Below, piece by piece: positions 1-8,750 of a stretch of DNA of 64,000 nucleotides (position 1 is the stretch's first letter; the number at the start of each line of letters is the position of its first letter). The notes beneath the pieces were generated by a model. It saw nothing but the letters and a program-made list of their open reading frames with translations, was not told the DNA's origin and searched no databases. The DNA comes from a bacterium (GTDB taxonomy: Bacteria; Vulcanimicrobiota; Xenobia; Xenobiales; Xenobiaceae), in NCBI GenBank assembly GCA_022839105.1, contig JALHDH010000002.1, positions 8,943 to 72,942 of the forward strand. Direction: 5' to 3'. The position numbers and the translations under genes are program-made.

Positions 1-383
1 AGACGCCCGAGGATGCCCTGGAACCCAATCTGCTGGTCCTGAAGATCGATCCCGAGGAGGGGATCTCGTTGCGGATCGCCACCAAGTACCCGGGCATGGT
101 CACCCGGGTCCGCTGGGTGAACATGGAATTCCAGTATGGCCGGGCCTTCGCGGCCCCGTCCCCGGCGGCCTATGAGCGTCTGCTGCTGGATTCCATGCTG
201 GGGGACGCCACCTTGTTCTCGCGCGGAGACGCGGTGGAGGCAGCCTGGGCCGTGGTGGATCCCATCCTGGAGGGCTGGAGCTCCGACTCCGGGTCGACCG
301 AGCCTTATCCGGCGGGTTCCTGGGGCCCTCGGGCCGCCGAGGCCTTCATCGAGGACGAGGGGCGCCACTGGAGGAGGATCTGA
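1..383 (+). CDS. zwf: Glucose-6-phosphate dehydrogenase, C-terminal fragment (5' end lies outside the window)
   Basis: In-frame translation from base 1 ends ...LVLKIDPEEGISLRIATKYPGMVTRVRWVNMEFQYG...SWGPRAAEAFIEDEGRHWRRI, which is a typical G6PD C-terminus. The TGA overlaps the next ATG (ATGA at 381-385). Confidence 0.8.
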   Translation, partial: TPEDALEPNLLVLKIDPEEGISLRIATKYPGMVTRVRWVNMEFQYGRAFAAPSPAAYERLLLDSMLGDATLFSRGDAVEAAWAVVDPILEGWSSDSGSTEPYPAGSWGPRAAEAFIEDEGRHWRRI

Positions 384-2155
384 TGGAACTCGAGACCCTG
401 CTGGCCGAGGTCTCGGTCGGTCACCCCCGTCCCCTGGAGATCGCCCGGATCGTGAGGGAACTCGATGCCCTGGAGCGTGAGCAGGGGATCGAGTCGGGCG
501 TTCAGTTCCGCCTGACCACCACCAACCTGGTGGTCGTCTGCACGGAACCGGACCAGGCGCGCGGCCTGGGTCTGCTCCTGAGAGAGCTCTGTGCGGAGTT
601 CCCTTGCCGCTGCCTGGTGGCCATCCTGGACCCGCAGGCCGAGCCCCAGGACATGCAGGGCTGGGCCTCCTTGACCTGCCATCCCTATCGGCGTCAGCAC
701 ATGTGCTGTGAGCAGGTGATCCTGTACTGTCCCGGGGGCCAGGGTGAGTCGATCCCCAGCCTGGTCTCGGCGACGCTGCTGCCCGAGGTCCCGACGCTTT
801 CCTGGTGGCGCGGGGATCCGCCTCTCGGAAGTCAGTTCCTCGAGCAGCTCTTGGAGCTCTCCGACCGGGTCGTCTTCGACTCTGCGGATTTCCCGGTCTC
901 CAGGCTGGAAGCCGTCCAGGCCCTGGTGACGGATCGCTATCACCAGGAGCAGGCCTTCTCGGACCTGTCCTGGGGCCGCCTGGAAGGATGGCGCGAGGAG
1001 ATCGCCTCTCTCTTCGATCCGCCTGAGGCAACCGAGTGTCTGCCGGCGCTGGAACGAGTGGAAATCCGCTTCGTCCCCGGAGCCGATCCGCTGCCCCCCC
1101 AGCCCCTGCTCCTGGCGGGCTGGCTGGCCTCCCGACTGGGTTGGAGGCGTTCCCACCTGAAGTGGGCGGGAGAGGACTTCAGGGCCCGGTTCGCCGGAGG
1201 GGGAGGGCAGGTCGAGTTGAGCCTCCGGCCTGCCTGGGTCGAGGGCCACTCGGGCCAGCCCCTCGGTTTCCTGGCCAGGACTCGAGAGGGCCGCGAATTC
1301 CGGGTGGATGTGGTCCGCCCTCGTCGGCGCGGAGGTCGGGATGCCTGGAGGAACGACCTGGAGCCCGAGACCGCGCGCTGGCTTGAGCAGATGGGGCGCG
1401 AATTGTCGACCCTGAGCCGGGACGTGGTCTATCAGGAGGCCCTGGAGAGCGCCTTGGAGATGGATTCCTTCCCTCCCGAGCCCCGCCTGGAGGTGGTCGA
1501 GGATCTGGCCGAGGCGGCGGCAGACCTTCTCGAAGCCCGCTCCCGAGCGTCCGAGGGCCCCTTCCGGGTGGCCCTGGCGGGGGGAAGCACCCCGCGTCGG
1601 CTCTACTCGCTTCTGGCTGGCCGGGACCTCCCCTGGGAGCGGATGCGCTTCTTCCTGGGAGATGAGCGGGATGTCCCGGCAGACCATCCGGACTCGAACT
1701 ACCGGATGGTCCGTGAGACCCTGCTGGAGGGCTCGCCGCTCAGACCCGAGCAGATCTTCCGATGGGAGACCGAGCGAGGTCCCGAGCAGGCCGCCCGCGC
1801 CTGTGCTCAAGCCCTGGAAGGCGAGTTTTCCGGTGCCTTCCCCAGCCTGGACCTGGTCTTGTTGGGCCTGGGCGAGGACGGCCACACGGCCTCCCTCTTC
1901 CCCGGGACTCCCGCCCTGCACGTCCATGACCGGCCTGCCGCGGCCAATCCGTTGGGGGGAGGGAGGGGATGGCGCCTGACCCTGACCTTCCCTGTGCTGA
2001 ACCTGGCCCGGATCGCCTTGTTCCTGGTCTCGGGGCGTTCCAAGTCCTCGATCCTGCGCCGGGTCCTGGCCGGTGAGCCCTTCCCGGCCGGTCGGGTGCG
2101 GGCTCGGGAAGAGACCTTGTTCCTGGCGGATCGCCAAGCCGGCCTGGGCGTCTAG
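383..2155 (+). CDS. OpcA (G6PD assembly protein) fused to 6-phosphogluconolactonase
   Basis: 590 aa. The N-terminal ~360 aa are OpcA-like. The C-terminal ~230 aa carry Pgl motifs (FRVALAGGSTPRRLY, MRFFLGDERDVPADHPDSNY, LVLLGLGEDGHTASLFPG). A GGAGGAGG RBS sits upstream, and the start is coupled to the zwf stop. Confidence 0.75.
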   Translation: MELETLLAEVSVGHPRPLEIARIVRELDALEREQGIESGVQFRLTTTNLVVVCTEPDQARGLGLLLRELCAEFPCRCLVAILDPQAEPQDMQGWASLTCHPYRRQHMCCEQVILYCPGGQGESIPSLVSATLLPEVPTLSWWRGDPPLGSQFLEQLLELSDRVVFDSADFPVSRLEAVQALVTDRYHQEQAFSDLSWGRLEGWREEIASLFDPPEATECLPALERVEIRFVPGADPLPPQPLLLAGWLASRLGWRRSHLKWAGEDFRARFAGGGGQVELSLRPAWVEGHSGQPLGFLARTREGREFRVDVVRPRRRGGRDAWRNDLEPETARWLEQMGRELSTLSRDVVYQEALESALEMDSFPPEPRLEVVEDLAEAAADLLEARSRASEGPFRVALAGGSTPRRLYSLLAGRDLPWERMRFFLGDERDVPADHPDSNYRMVRETLLEGSPLRPEQIFRWETERGPEQAARACAQALEGEFSGAFPSLDLVLLGLGEDGHTASLFPGTPALHVHDRPAAANPLGGGRGWRLTLTFPVLNLARIALFLVSGRSKSSILRRVLAGEPFPAGRVRAREETLFLADRQAGLGV

Positions 2156-2163
2156 AAGAGAAG

Positions 2164-2188
2164 GCGGCCTGCCGGAAGGGCAGGCCGC
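2164..2188. terminator. GC-rich hairpin between convergent genes (GCGGCCTGCC-GGAAG-GGCAGGCCGC), a bidirectional terminator candidate
   Basis: Perfect 10-bp stem with a 5-nt loop. It lies between the opcA-pgl stop (2155) and the stop of the minus-strand regulator (2247). There is no clear U-tract. Confidence 0.3.
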
Positions 2189-2246
2189 TCGGAACAGGTT
2201 GGTTGGGGCTTCGGGTTCTATGTGTCTTGTGTTCGTCCCGCGGGGT

Positions 2247-2696
2247 TCAACCCTGGAGGCCGACCCCTCTTCCGGAGCGGGGGACCCGGGCCGCGGTGCG
2301 GGCCTTCTTCTGGTCCTTGAGGGTCTTGACGTAGGCGGTCAGAACCTCCGAGACCTTCTTCTGCTGAGCACTGGTCAGGTCGAAGAGTTCGCGGATCGAT
2401 GCCCGGAGTTCCTTGTCAAGAACCTTCTCGGACTTGAAGGTCTCCAGCCTCTCCAGGAGATCCTTCACGGGTATCTTCTCGGGGGCGTAGCCAGCAACCA
2501 GGAGGGTGTGGTCCACGTCGGCTTCGAGCGCTCGGGCGACTTCCAGCACCTTGTCCTTGCGGGGGACGTAGCCGTCCCTCTCGATCAAGGTCACGTAACT
2601 GGGATCGATGCTGGCCAGTTCGGCCAGCTTGCGACGCGTCAGCCCACGGGCCTTTCTCTTGTCTTTCACGTAGTTGGCCCAGGCCTGATTCCTCAT
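2247..2696 (-). CDS. XRE-family helix-turn-helix transcriptional regulator
   Basis: 149 aa. The N-terminus reads KRKARGLTRRKLAELASIDPSYVTLIERDGYVP, an HTH_3-like motif. It is divergent from the GT2 gene across an AT-richer spacer. Confidence 0.65.
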   Translation of the reverse strand: MRNQAWANYVKDKRKARGLTRRKLAELASIDPSYVTLIERDGYVPRKDKVLEVARALEADVDHTLLVAGYAPEKIPVKDLLERLETFKSEKVLDKELRASIRELFDLTSAQQKKVSEVLTAYVKTLKDQKKARTAARVPRSGRGVGLQG

Positions 2697-2916
2697 CTAC
2701 ATGCCGATCCTCCTTTTCCGACTCACCCGGGAATTATACCAGAGGGAAGAATTTTCCACAATCCGAGGTTCGCAAAGCCTCCATTTCCCTCCGCCTGCCG
2801 CTCAAAACCCCTGGAATCGGGCTTTTCAGGAGGTCTGCAGATGCGAGGGCGCGGGCTTTCCCGTCGGAGTTCCAGGAAGATCCTGTTTCGAGAGGGGTCC
2901 TGGCTTCGATCCGGGA

Positions 2917-3687
2917 ATGGGCGCCCCGAGGTATGCCGTGATCCATGTCGTCTTGACCGTCCGGGACCAGCGCGAAGAGGTCATTGGCCTTCTGGAAGAC
3001 CTGGGGGCCCTGGACCCGGGAGCGCGTCTGCTGGTGATCGACGACGGGTCTTCGGATGGGACGCCGGAGGTGGTCGCGGGCCACCCTGGATTGGGGGACC
3101 GGTTGGGCCTGATTCAGCATGTGCGCAGGCACGGTTCCGGCCAGGCGCTGATGGTAGGCCTGCGTCGGGTGATTTCCGGCGCGAGCCCGGGAGACCTGGT
3201 CTTGACCCTGCCTCCCGGGAGCGCCCCTGACCTGGACTCCCTTCGAGGCGTCCTCCGACTTCTGGAACAGGGAATGGATGTGGTGGTGGGCTCGCGCCGG
3301 GGCTCGGGCGGTTCGGGCTCCGGGCGGGGAGGCTGGCAGGCCTTCTGGGAAGCTCTTTTGACAGGGGTCTTGCGCCTGCTCCTTCCCCTGCCCGGCATCC
3401 TCGATTCCACCCCAGGGCTTCGGGGGTATCGGCTTTCGGCCCTGGAACGGGCCTTCGGGTTGCATGGCCGGAACCTGGTCACCTTCTCGGGAGGGGCCGG
3501 CCAGGTCGAACTCTTGATCCGCCTGGCCCGGATGGGAGCCCGGATGGCCGAGACCCCCTGGGGCGAGGAGCCTGGAGCCAAGGCCTCTTCCGGTGAGGGC
3601 TTCTCGCTGGCGGAGCTGGCGGAGTATGCCCGGATGATCCTGGCCCTGGCCTGGCCCGGGCGGGGCTCCGCCGGGGCCCGCGGCTGA
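2917..3687 (+). CDS. Family-2 glycosyltransferase (dolichyl-phosphate mannosyltransferase-like)
   Basis: Start taken at M73 of ORF 2701. Motifs are AVIHVVLTVRDQREEV, LLVIDDGSSDGT and VVVGSRRGSGGSGSG. The 72 codons upstream are low-complexity and were not called. Confidence 0.65.
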   Translation: MGAPRYAVIHVVLTVRDQREEVIGLLEDLGALDPGARLLVIDDGSSDGTPEVVAGHPGLGDRLGLIQHVRRHGSGQALMVGLRRVISGASPGDLVLTLPPGSAPDLDSLRGVLRLLEQGMDVVVGSRRGSGGSGSGRGGWQAFWEALLTGVLRLLLPLPGILDSTPGLRGYRLSALERAFGLHGRNLVTFSGGAGQVELLIRLARMGARMAETPWGEEPGAKASSGEGFSLAELAEYARMILALAWPGRGSAGARG

Positions 3688-3736
3688 GCCTCGTCGGAAG
3701 CGGGTCGGGATCGGCCCTTCGGAGGGTGGGGGGCTC

Positions 3737-4405
3737 TCAGTCGGCCCGAGGGCTCGTGGCTTTTTCGTCCCCCGGGCAGCGGCGGATCAATCCGCGCATG
3801 ACCCCGCTGATGCGCACCTCGGAAAGGGACATCTGCTGGTCGGGATGCTCGGGATGGGCCGCCTTCAGGCAGATCTTTCCGCCCTGGGCATCCACGAAGA
3901 CCCTCTTGAGCGCTCCCCCCGAGGCTGAAGGGATGTGGACCGCGGCGATCTCGCCCGGTTGGGGATCCTGGCCGGGGCGAAGGAGGACCAGGTCTCCCGG
4001 GCAGATGCCGGCACCGACCAGGGAGTCCCCCTCCACCTCCACCAGATAGTCTCCGACCTCCCACTCCAGGAGTTCGTCCAGGCTGACCACCACCCGGCTG
4101 CTGGCCTGGGGCGCGCGTCCGATGGCGCCCGCCGGGATCCGGCCCAGGACCGGCAGACCCTCCAGCAGGTAGCGGACTCCCCTGGGCGTGAGTCGGATGA
4201 ACCTCTGTCGGCCTCGGACTCCGCCTTCGACGTGCAGGTACCCCTTGATCTGAAGGGCTCGCAGGGCGGGTGTGACGCTGGACTCGCCGGCCAGCCCCAT
4301 CTCCTGCGCCAGCACGGCTGCGGAGGGCACCATTCCATCCTTCTGGTGTCGGGCGATCAGGCGCAACAAGGCATCCTGTCTTCGCGGCAGGGCATCCTCG
4401 CTCAA
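3737..4405 (-). CDS. lexA: LexA repressor
   Basis: 222 aa from a TTG start (RBS AGAGGGGAAG upstream). It has the N-terminal winged HTH, Ser in VEGDSLVGAGICPGD and Lys in GALKRVFVD. The 545-aa ORF upstream of this start is Arg/Pro/Gly-rich and was rejected. Confidence 0.85.
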   Translation of the reverse strand: MSEDALPRRQDALLRLIARHQKDGMVPSAAVLAQEMGLAGESSVTPALRALQIKGYLHVEGGVRGRQRFIRLTPRGVRYLLEGLPVLGRIPAGAIGRAPQASSRVVVSLDELLEWEVGDYLVEVEGDSLVGAGICPGDLVLLRPGQDPQPGEIAAVHIPSASGGALKRVFVDAQGGKICLKAAHPEHPDQQMSLSEVRISGVMRGLIRRCPGDEKATSPRAD

Positions 4406-4428
4406 GGTTCTTCCCCTCTGCTTCTTGT

Positions 4429-4992
4429 TCAGTCGGGCCCGGACCGGTCGGGTTCGAGCAGTTGTCGGTAGGCCTGGGTCGATTCCGGGTCGTAGGTGCA
4501 GAACACCACCTCGGCCGGCGCCTGGTGTCTCATCAGGAATTCCTGGACCGCGTGGACGGCCAAGGGGGCGGCCTCGGAGATGGGGTAGCCATGGACCCCG
4601 GTGGAGATCCCCGGGAAGGCCACGGTCCGGCAGCCGTGCTCGAGCGCCAACTTCAGGCATTCGCAATAGCACGAAGCCAGAGCCTCGGCATCCTGTGGAC
4701 CGCGGTACACCGGGCCCACGGTGTGGAAGACCCGGCGGGCAGGCAGCCTGCCCGCCCGGGTCGCCATCGCCTGGCCCGTGGGCAGCGGACCAGAGCGGGC
4801 CACCCAGGCCTGGCATTCCGCCAGGATGGTCGGCCCACCGGCGCGATGGATGGCGCCGTCCACGCCCCCACCCCCTCTCAGGGCGGGATTGGCGGCGTTG
4901 ACCACGGCGTCCACCTCCAGGGTGGTGAGGTCCGCGCGGACCACGCACATGGCACATCCGTTCTCCAGGGTCCGTCGTGCGACTTCCTGCAT
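4429..4992 (-). CDS. Macro-domain protein (ADP-ribose / O-acetyl-ADP-ribose processing, YmdB-like)
   Basis: Start at M26 of ORF 5067. Motifs are DLTTLEVDAVVNAANPALRGGGGVDGAIHRAGG and AFPGISTGVHGYP. The gene sits 23 bp upstream of lexA on the same strand. Confidence 0.75.
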   Translation of the reverse strand: MQEVARRTLENGCAMCVVRADLTTLEVDAVVNAANPALRGGGGVDGAIHRAGGPTILAECQAWVARSGPLPTGQAMATRAGRLPARRVFHTVGPVYRGPQDAEALASCYCECLKLALEHGCRTVAFPGISTGVHGYPISEAAPLAVHAVQEFLMRHQAPAEVVFCTYDPESTQAYRQLLEPDRSGPD

Positions 4993-5129
4993 CCTTCCCT
5001 TCCACACGAGCCCTCTCTGGAAAACCTCTTCTTCGCCCGGGATTCGATTCCCTTGGCGAAATATCACGAGTCGCGGGGGCTCGCGGATCTTCGGCCAGGA
5101 ACCCGCCGGGTCGAAGAGAAGCCCCAGGC

Positions 5130-6008
5130 GTGAGCGACGAGGCCCGAATCACCTTCCTCTTCGCGGCCTGGCGGCGCTTTGTCGGCCTGGTCCGACTGGA
5201 ACAGACCGTTTTCGCCCTGCCCTTTGCCTGGATCGGGATGCTCCTGGCGGAAGGCGCCCTGCCTGATTGGAGGGTGGCCTTCTGGGTCACCATGGCGATG
5301 GTGGGCGCGAGGACTGCGGGGATGGCCCTCAATCGGCTCATCGACCGCGAGATCGATGCCCGCAATCCGCGCACCTGCCAGCGCGATCTTCCGGCCGGCC
5401 GGGTCTCGGTCCGCGGGGTCCGGCTCCTGGCAGCCTTCTCGCTTGGGCTCCTGGTGCTCTCGGCCGGGTTCCTGAACCCCCTGTGCCTGGCCCTCTCACC
5501 GGTCGCGGTCGGCCTCTTGCTGCTCTATTCCTACCTCAAGCGCTTGACCTGGGCCTGCCATGTGGGCCTGGGCCTGGTGCAGGCCTGCGCCCCCATCGGG
5601 GGCTGGCTTGCCGTGAGCGGTCGATTCGAGTTGCCTGCCCTGCTCCTGGGTCTGGGCATCCTGCTCTGGGTGGGAGGCTTCGATATCCTGTACGCCTGCC
5701 AGGACCTTGAGCATGATCGCGCCGTCGGGCTGCATTCGTTGCCTGCCCGACTGGGGGCGCGTCGCGCCTTCACGGTCGCTCGTGGCTTCCATGCCGGCTC
5801 GTTGGGGACCCTGGCGATGGCGGGTTCGCTGCTGGGACTGGGCTGGCCCTGGGCCTTGAGCCTGGGAATGGTGGGGGTCCTGCTGGTCTGGGAACACTCG
5901 CTCCTGTCCCCGGAGGATCTGTCCCGGATGCAGCAGGCCTTCTTCACCTGCAATGCCGGGATCAGCCTGACCTTGCTGGCCGGAGCCCTCCTGGAGGTCT
6001 GCTGCTGA
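5130..6008 (+). CDS. UbiA-family aromatic prenyltransferase (probable menaquinone polyprenyltransferase)
   Basis: GTG start at residue 52 of ORF 4977. Motif NRLIDREIDARNPRT (NxxxDxxxD) and 8-9 TM helices. It leads the futalosine-type cluster. Confidence 0.75.
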   Translation: MSDEARITFLFAAWRRFVGLVRLEQTVFALPFAWIGMLLAEGALPDWRVAFWVTMAMVGARTAGMALNRLIDREIDARNPRTCQRDLPAGRVSVRGVRLLAAFSLGLLVLSAGFLNPLCLALSPVAVGLLLLYSYLKRLTWACHVGLGLVQACAPIGGWLAVSGRFELPALLLGLGILLWVGGFDILYACQDLEHDRAVGLHSLPARLGARRAFTVARGFHAGSLGTLAMAGSLLGLGWPWALSLGMVGVLLVWEHSLLSPEDLSRMQQAFFTCNAGISLTLLAGALLEVCC

Positions 6009-6035
6009 ACCGGCGCGTGTCGGAACGGGCAGGAC

Positions 6036-6893
6036 TTGCCGGCAGGGACTGGAACCCAAGGGCCCGTGAGCGCCGTCCCCTTGGCCGTCGACGAGATCGA
6101 GGCCCTCCTGGAGGAGGGCTCGCTTCTGGAGTTGGGCGCTCGGGTGGGGAGCCCCCGGCTCTTCACCCGGGCCGGTTACCGCGAGGATGGGGCCGTGTTG
6201 CTGGCCGATCAGGGCCGGATCTGGAACCCCGTGCCGGGAGGGGGAATTCCTCGGGAACTGCACCTCCTGGAACCCACCGAGTCCCGGGTTCGCGATTTGA
6301 AGGCGCTCCATCCCGGTCTCTGGATCCATGCGGGCTGGCCTGGGGCCGGGGATCTTCCCGACCTGGAACGCCTGGTCCGGGTCGGGGTCGAGAGCTTCTC
6401 GATCCATTGCGGACCGTCGGGCTCGGGTGAAGACCCCCGGTGGGATCTGCTGGAGCCCGGCGCCCCCCTGGTGATCTGCGCCACCTATGGCCCGACCAGC
6501 ACGCCCCGGGAACTGGCCCGGCGCCTGGAGGGGTTCCGCACGGTTCGCGCCCTGAAGTGCCTGGCCTGGTTGCCGGAGTCTCCGGGCGAGGGGGTGCACC
6601 GGGCCGAGGCGACCGATGGCCTCCTGGATGCCCGGCTCCTGGCCGTGAGCCGACTGGTGCTTCCCGCCGGGGTGCGCGTCCGGGCCTCCTGGGCGGCCTT
6701 CGGATGGAAGATGGCCCAGTTCCTGCTGGCCTGTGGTGCCGACGAGGTGGCCGGTTGGGGCCTGGAAGAAGAGAGGGCATGGGGAGGGGCGCTGGCCTTG
6801 CCCTGCCCGGTCGGCGCGCGGGAGGCCCGGGCCGGGGTGGCCGAAGCCTCGCGCCAGCCCGTGGAGGTGCGCGGATGCGCCTGGGAGTCCTGA
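6036..6893 (+). CDS. MqnC/MqnE-family paralogue lacking the radical-SAM CxxxCxxC motif
   Basis: 285 aa. It is collinear with the intact radical-SAM protein at 7654 at both ends: DEIEALLEEGSLLELGA vs EEGVALLGEPDLFRLGA, and RLLAVSRLVLP...SWAAFGWKMAQFLLACGADEVAGWGLEE vs RVLAVARLYLD...GWVTEGARLAQVALDFGADDLGSLLMEE. It has no Cys triad. Confidence 0.6.
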   Translation: MPAGTGTQGPVSAVPLAVDEIEALLEEGSLLELGARVGSPRLFTRAGYREDGAVLLADQGRIWNPVPGGGIPRELHLLEPTESRVRDLKALHPGLWIHAGWPGAGDLPDLERLVRVGVESFSIHCGPSGSGEDPRWDLLEPGAPLVICATYGPTSTPRELARRLEGFRTVRALKCLAWLPESPGEGVHRAEATDGLLDARLLAVSRLVLPAGVRVRASWAAFGWKMAQFLLACGADEVAGWGLEEERAWGGALALPCPVGAREARAGVAEASRQPVEVRGCAWES

Positions 6894-7657
6894 AGTCCGT
6901 CAACGGGTTGCCGGTGACCCTCGGCCTGGAGTGCCGGGCCATCCCCTTTTCCGGCGAGATCCTTCCCGGCGAGCCCTCCTGGTTGAACCACCAGGCCCGT
7001 CAGGGCCTTTTGGACCTGACCCCCGTCTCGGCCGCCGAGGTGGCGGCCGCCCCTGGGGCCTATCACATCGTTCCTGGGTTCTGCGTGGCCTCCAGGGGGG
7101 TGGTCCAGAGCGTGCGCCTCTTCTCGAGGGTGCCCCCCGAGGAGCTTCGCGGCCGGCCGGTCGCCATCACCTCGGTCAGCGCCACCTCCCGGATCCTGGT
7201 CCAGGTCCTGCTGGCCGGGATCCGACCCGTCCCGCTCGAGGGGGAGCCCCGACTCGACGAGGGGCTCCCCGCCGTCCTGCTGATCGGCGACCGGGCCCTG
7301 GGTGAGGTCTCCGGAGCGCGGCACGTGACGGATCTGGGCGAACTCTGGACCAGGACCACGGGTCTCCCCATGGTCTTCGCCCTGTGGGTGGCCACGCGGG
7401 CGGAGGTGGCCCCCGTGGCTCTCGAACTGCTGGAACGCTCACGAGCCTGGGGCCAGGCCCATCGCGCCCGGCTCCTGACCGAGGCCTCCCGGCGCACCGG
7501 TCTGTCTCCTGAGAGGATGGAATCCTATTTTTCGGGGCTGCACCATCGCCTGGATGCCGAATCGGTCGCCGGGCTGCGGGAGTTCTATCGACGTGCCGGG
7601 CTTCTGGGGCTCCTGCCGCCGGGAAGCGAGGCCCTGCTGGCCGGGGTGGCGGCATGA
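6875..7657 (+). CDS. MqnA/MqnD-family menaquinone (futalosine pathway) protein
   Basis: 260 aa from M146 of ORF 6440. It is VitK2_biosynth-like (MRLGVLKSVNGLPVTLGL...GAYHIVPGF...LPMVFALWVA). It overlaps the previous gene by 19 nt and the next by 4 nt. Confidence 0.7.
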   Translation: MRLGVLKSVNGLPVTLGLECRAIPFSGEILPGEPSWLNHQARQGLLDLTPVSAAEVAAAPGAYHIVPGFCVASRGVVQSVRLFSRVPPEELRGRPVAITSVSATSRILVQVLLAGIRPVPLEGEPRLDEGLPAVLLIGDRALGEVSGARHVTDLGELWTRTTGLPMVFALWVATRAEVAPVALELLERSRAWGQAHRARLLTEASRRTGLSPERMESYFSGLHHRLDAESVAGLREFYRRAGLLGLLPPGSEALLAGVAA

Positions 7658-8733
7658 GCCGCTCGCTGGAAGGCGCCTGGGAATCCCTGGCGCAGGGGAG
7701 GCGCCTGAGGCCCGAGGAGGGGGTGGCCCTGCTGGGAGAGCCGGACCTCTTCCGCCTGGGCGCCGCCGCCGATCAGGTCCGTCGTCGCCTGCATCCGGAG
7801 GGTTACGTCACCTTCATCCGGGACCGGATCCTCAACTACACCAACGTCTGCATCACGGGCTGCAGGTTCTGCGCCTTCCATCGCCCTCCCGGGCATCCCG
7901 AGGCCTTCGTCCGCTCCCTGGAGGAGATCTTCCCCCGGATCGACGCGATGGAGAAGGTGGGCGGGACCACCCTCTTCCTGCAGGGAGGGCACAACCCGGA
8001 ACTGGGGATCGCCTTCTACGAGGACCTCTTCGCGGCGGTGAAGTCCCGCTATCCTCATCTGTACCTGCACTCCCTGGCTGCCTCCGAGGTCGACCATATC
8101 GCCACCACCTCCGGCCTCTCGCTGGAGGAGACCTTGTTGCGCCTGCGACGGGCGGGGCTGGATTCGCTTCCCGGGGGAGGCGCGGAGTTGCTGGTGGACG
8201 AGATCCGTCTTCGCGTCTCGCCCAGGAAGATCTCCTCCGAGCGCTGGTTGGAGGTCCATCAGACCGCCCATCGTCTGGGGATCGAGTCGACGGCCACCAT
8301 GGTCTTCGGTTTCGGCGAGACGCCCGAGCAGCGCATCGAGCACCTGGAGCGCCTGCGGAGCCTCCAGGACCGGACGGGAGGCTTCCGCTCCTTCACCCAT
8401 TGGAGCCTCTCGACCCGGGGGACCGGGCTGGCGGCCACCCTCCCCCCGGGGGGCGTGGAGTACCTTCGGGTCCTGGCCGTAGCCCGGCTCTATCTGGACA
8501 ATTTTCGACACCTCCACTCGGGCTGGGTCACCGAGGGCGCCCGCCTGGCCCAGGTGGCCCTGGACTTCGGGGCGGACGACCTGGGAAGCCTCCTGATGGA
8601 GGAGATGGTCCTGGCCGCCACCGGTGTGGGCTATCGTTACGATTCCGAGGAATTCGTCCGCCTGATCCGCGGAGCCGGTCGGATTCCGGCGGTGAGGAAC
8701 TCCCGTTACGAGATTCTGGAGGTCCTCGCGTGA
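7654..8733 (+). CDS. Radical-SAM menaquinone biosynthesis enzyme (MqnC or MqnE)
   Basis: 359 aa. It has CITGCRFCAF (the CxxxCxxC cluster motif) and a typical MqnC/E C-terminus. Confidence 0.75.
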   Translation: MSRSLEGAWESLAQGRRLRPEEGVALLGEPDLFRLGAAADQVRRRLHPEGYVTFIRDRILNYTNVCITGCRFCAFHRPPGHPEAFVRSLEEIFPRIDAMEKVGGTTLFLQGGHNPELGIAFYEDLFAAVKSRYPHLYLHSLAASEVDHIATTSGLSLEETLLRLRRAGLDSLPGGGAELLVDEIRLRVSPRKISSERWLEVHQTAHRLGIESTATMVFGFGETPEQRIEHLERLRSLQDRTGGFRSFTHWSLSTRGTGLAATLPPGGVEYLRVLAVARLYLDNFRHLHSGWVTEGARLAQVALDFGADDLGSLLMEEMVLAATGVGYRYDSEEFVRLIRGAGRIPAVRNSRYEILEVLA

Positions 8734-8750
8734 ACCCCTCAGACCAGGGC

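Noticed and set aside
305-2137. 610-aa ORF antisense to zwf/opcA-pgl
   Set aside because: It is Arg/Pro/Gly-rich low-complexity translation, typical of high-GC antisense frames. It fully overlaps two well-supported genes.
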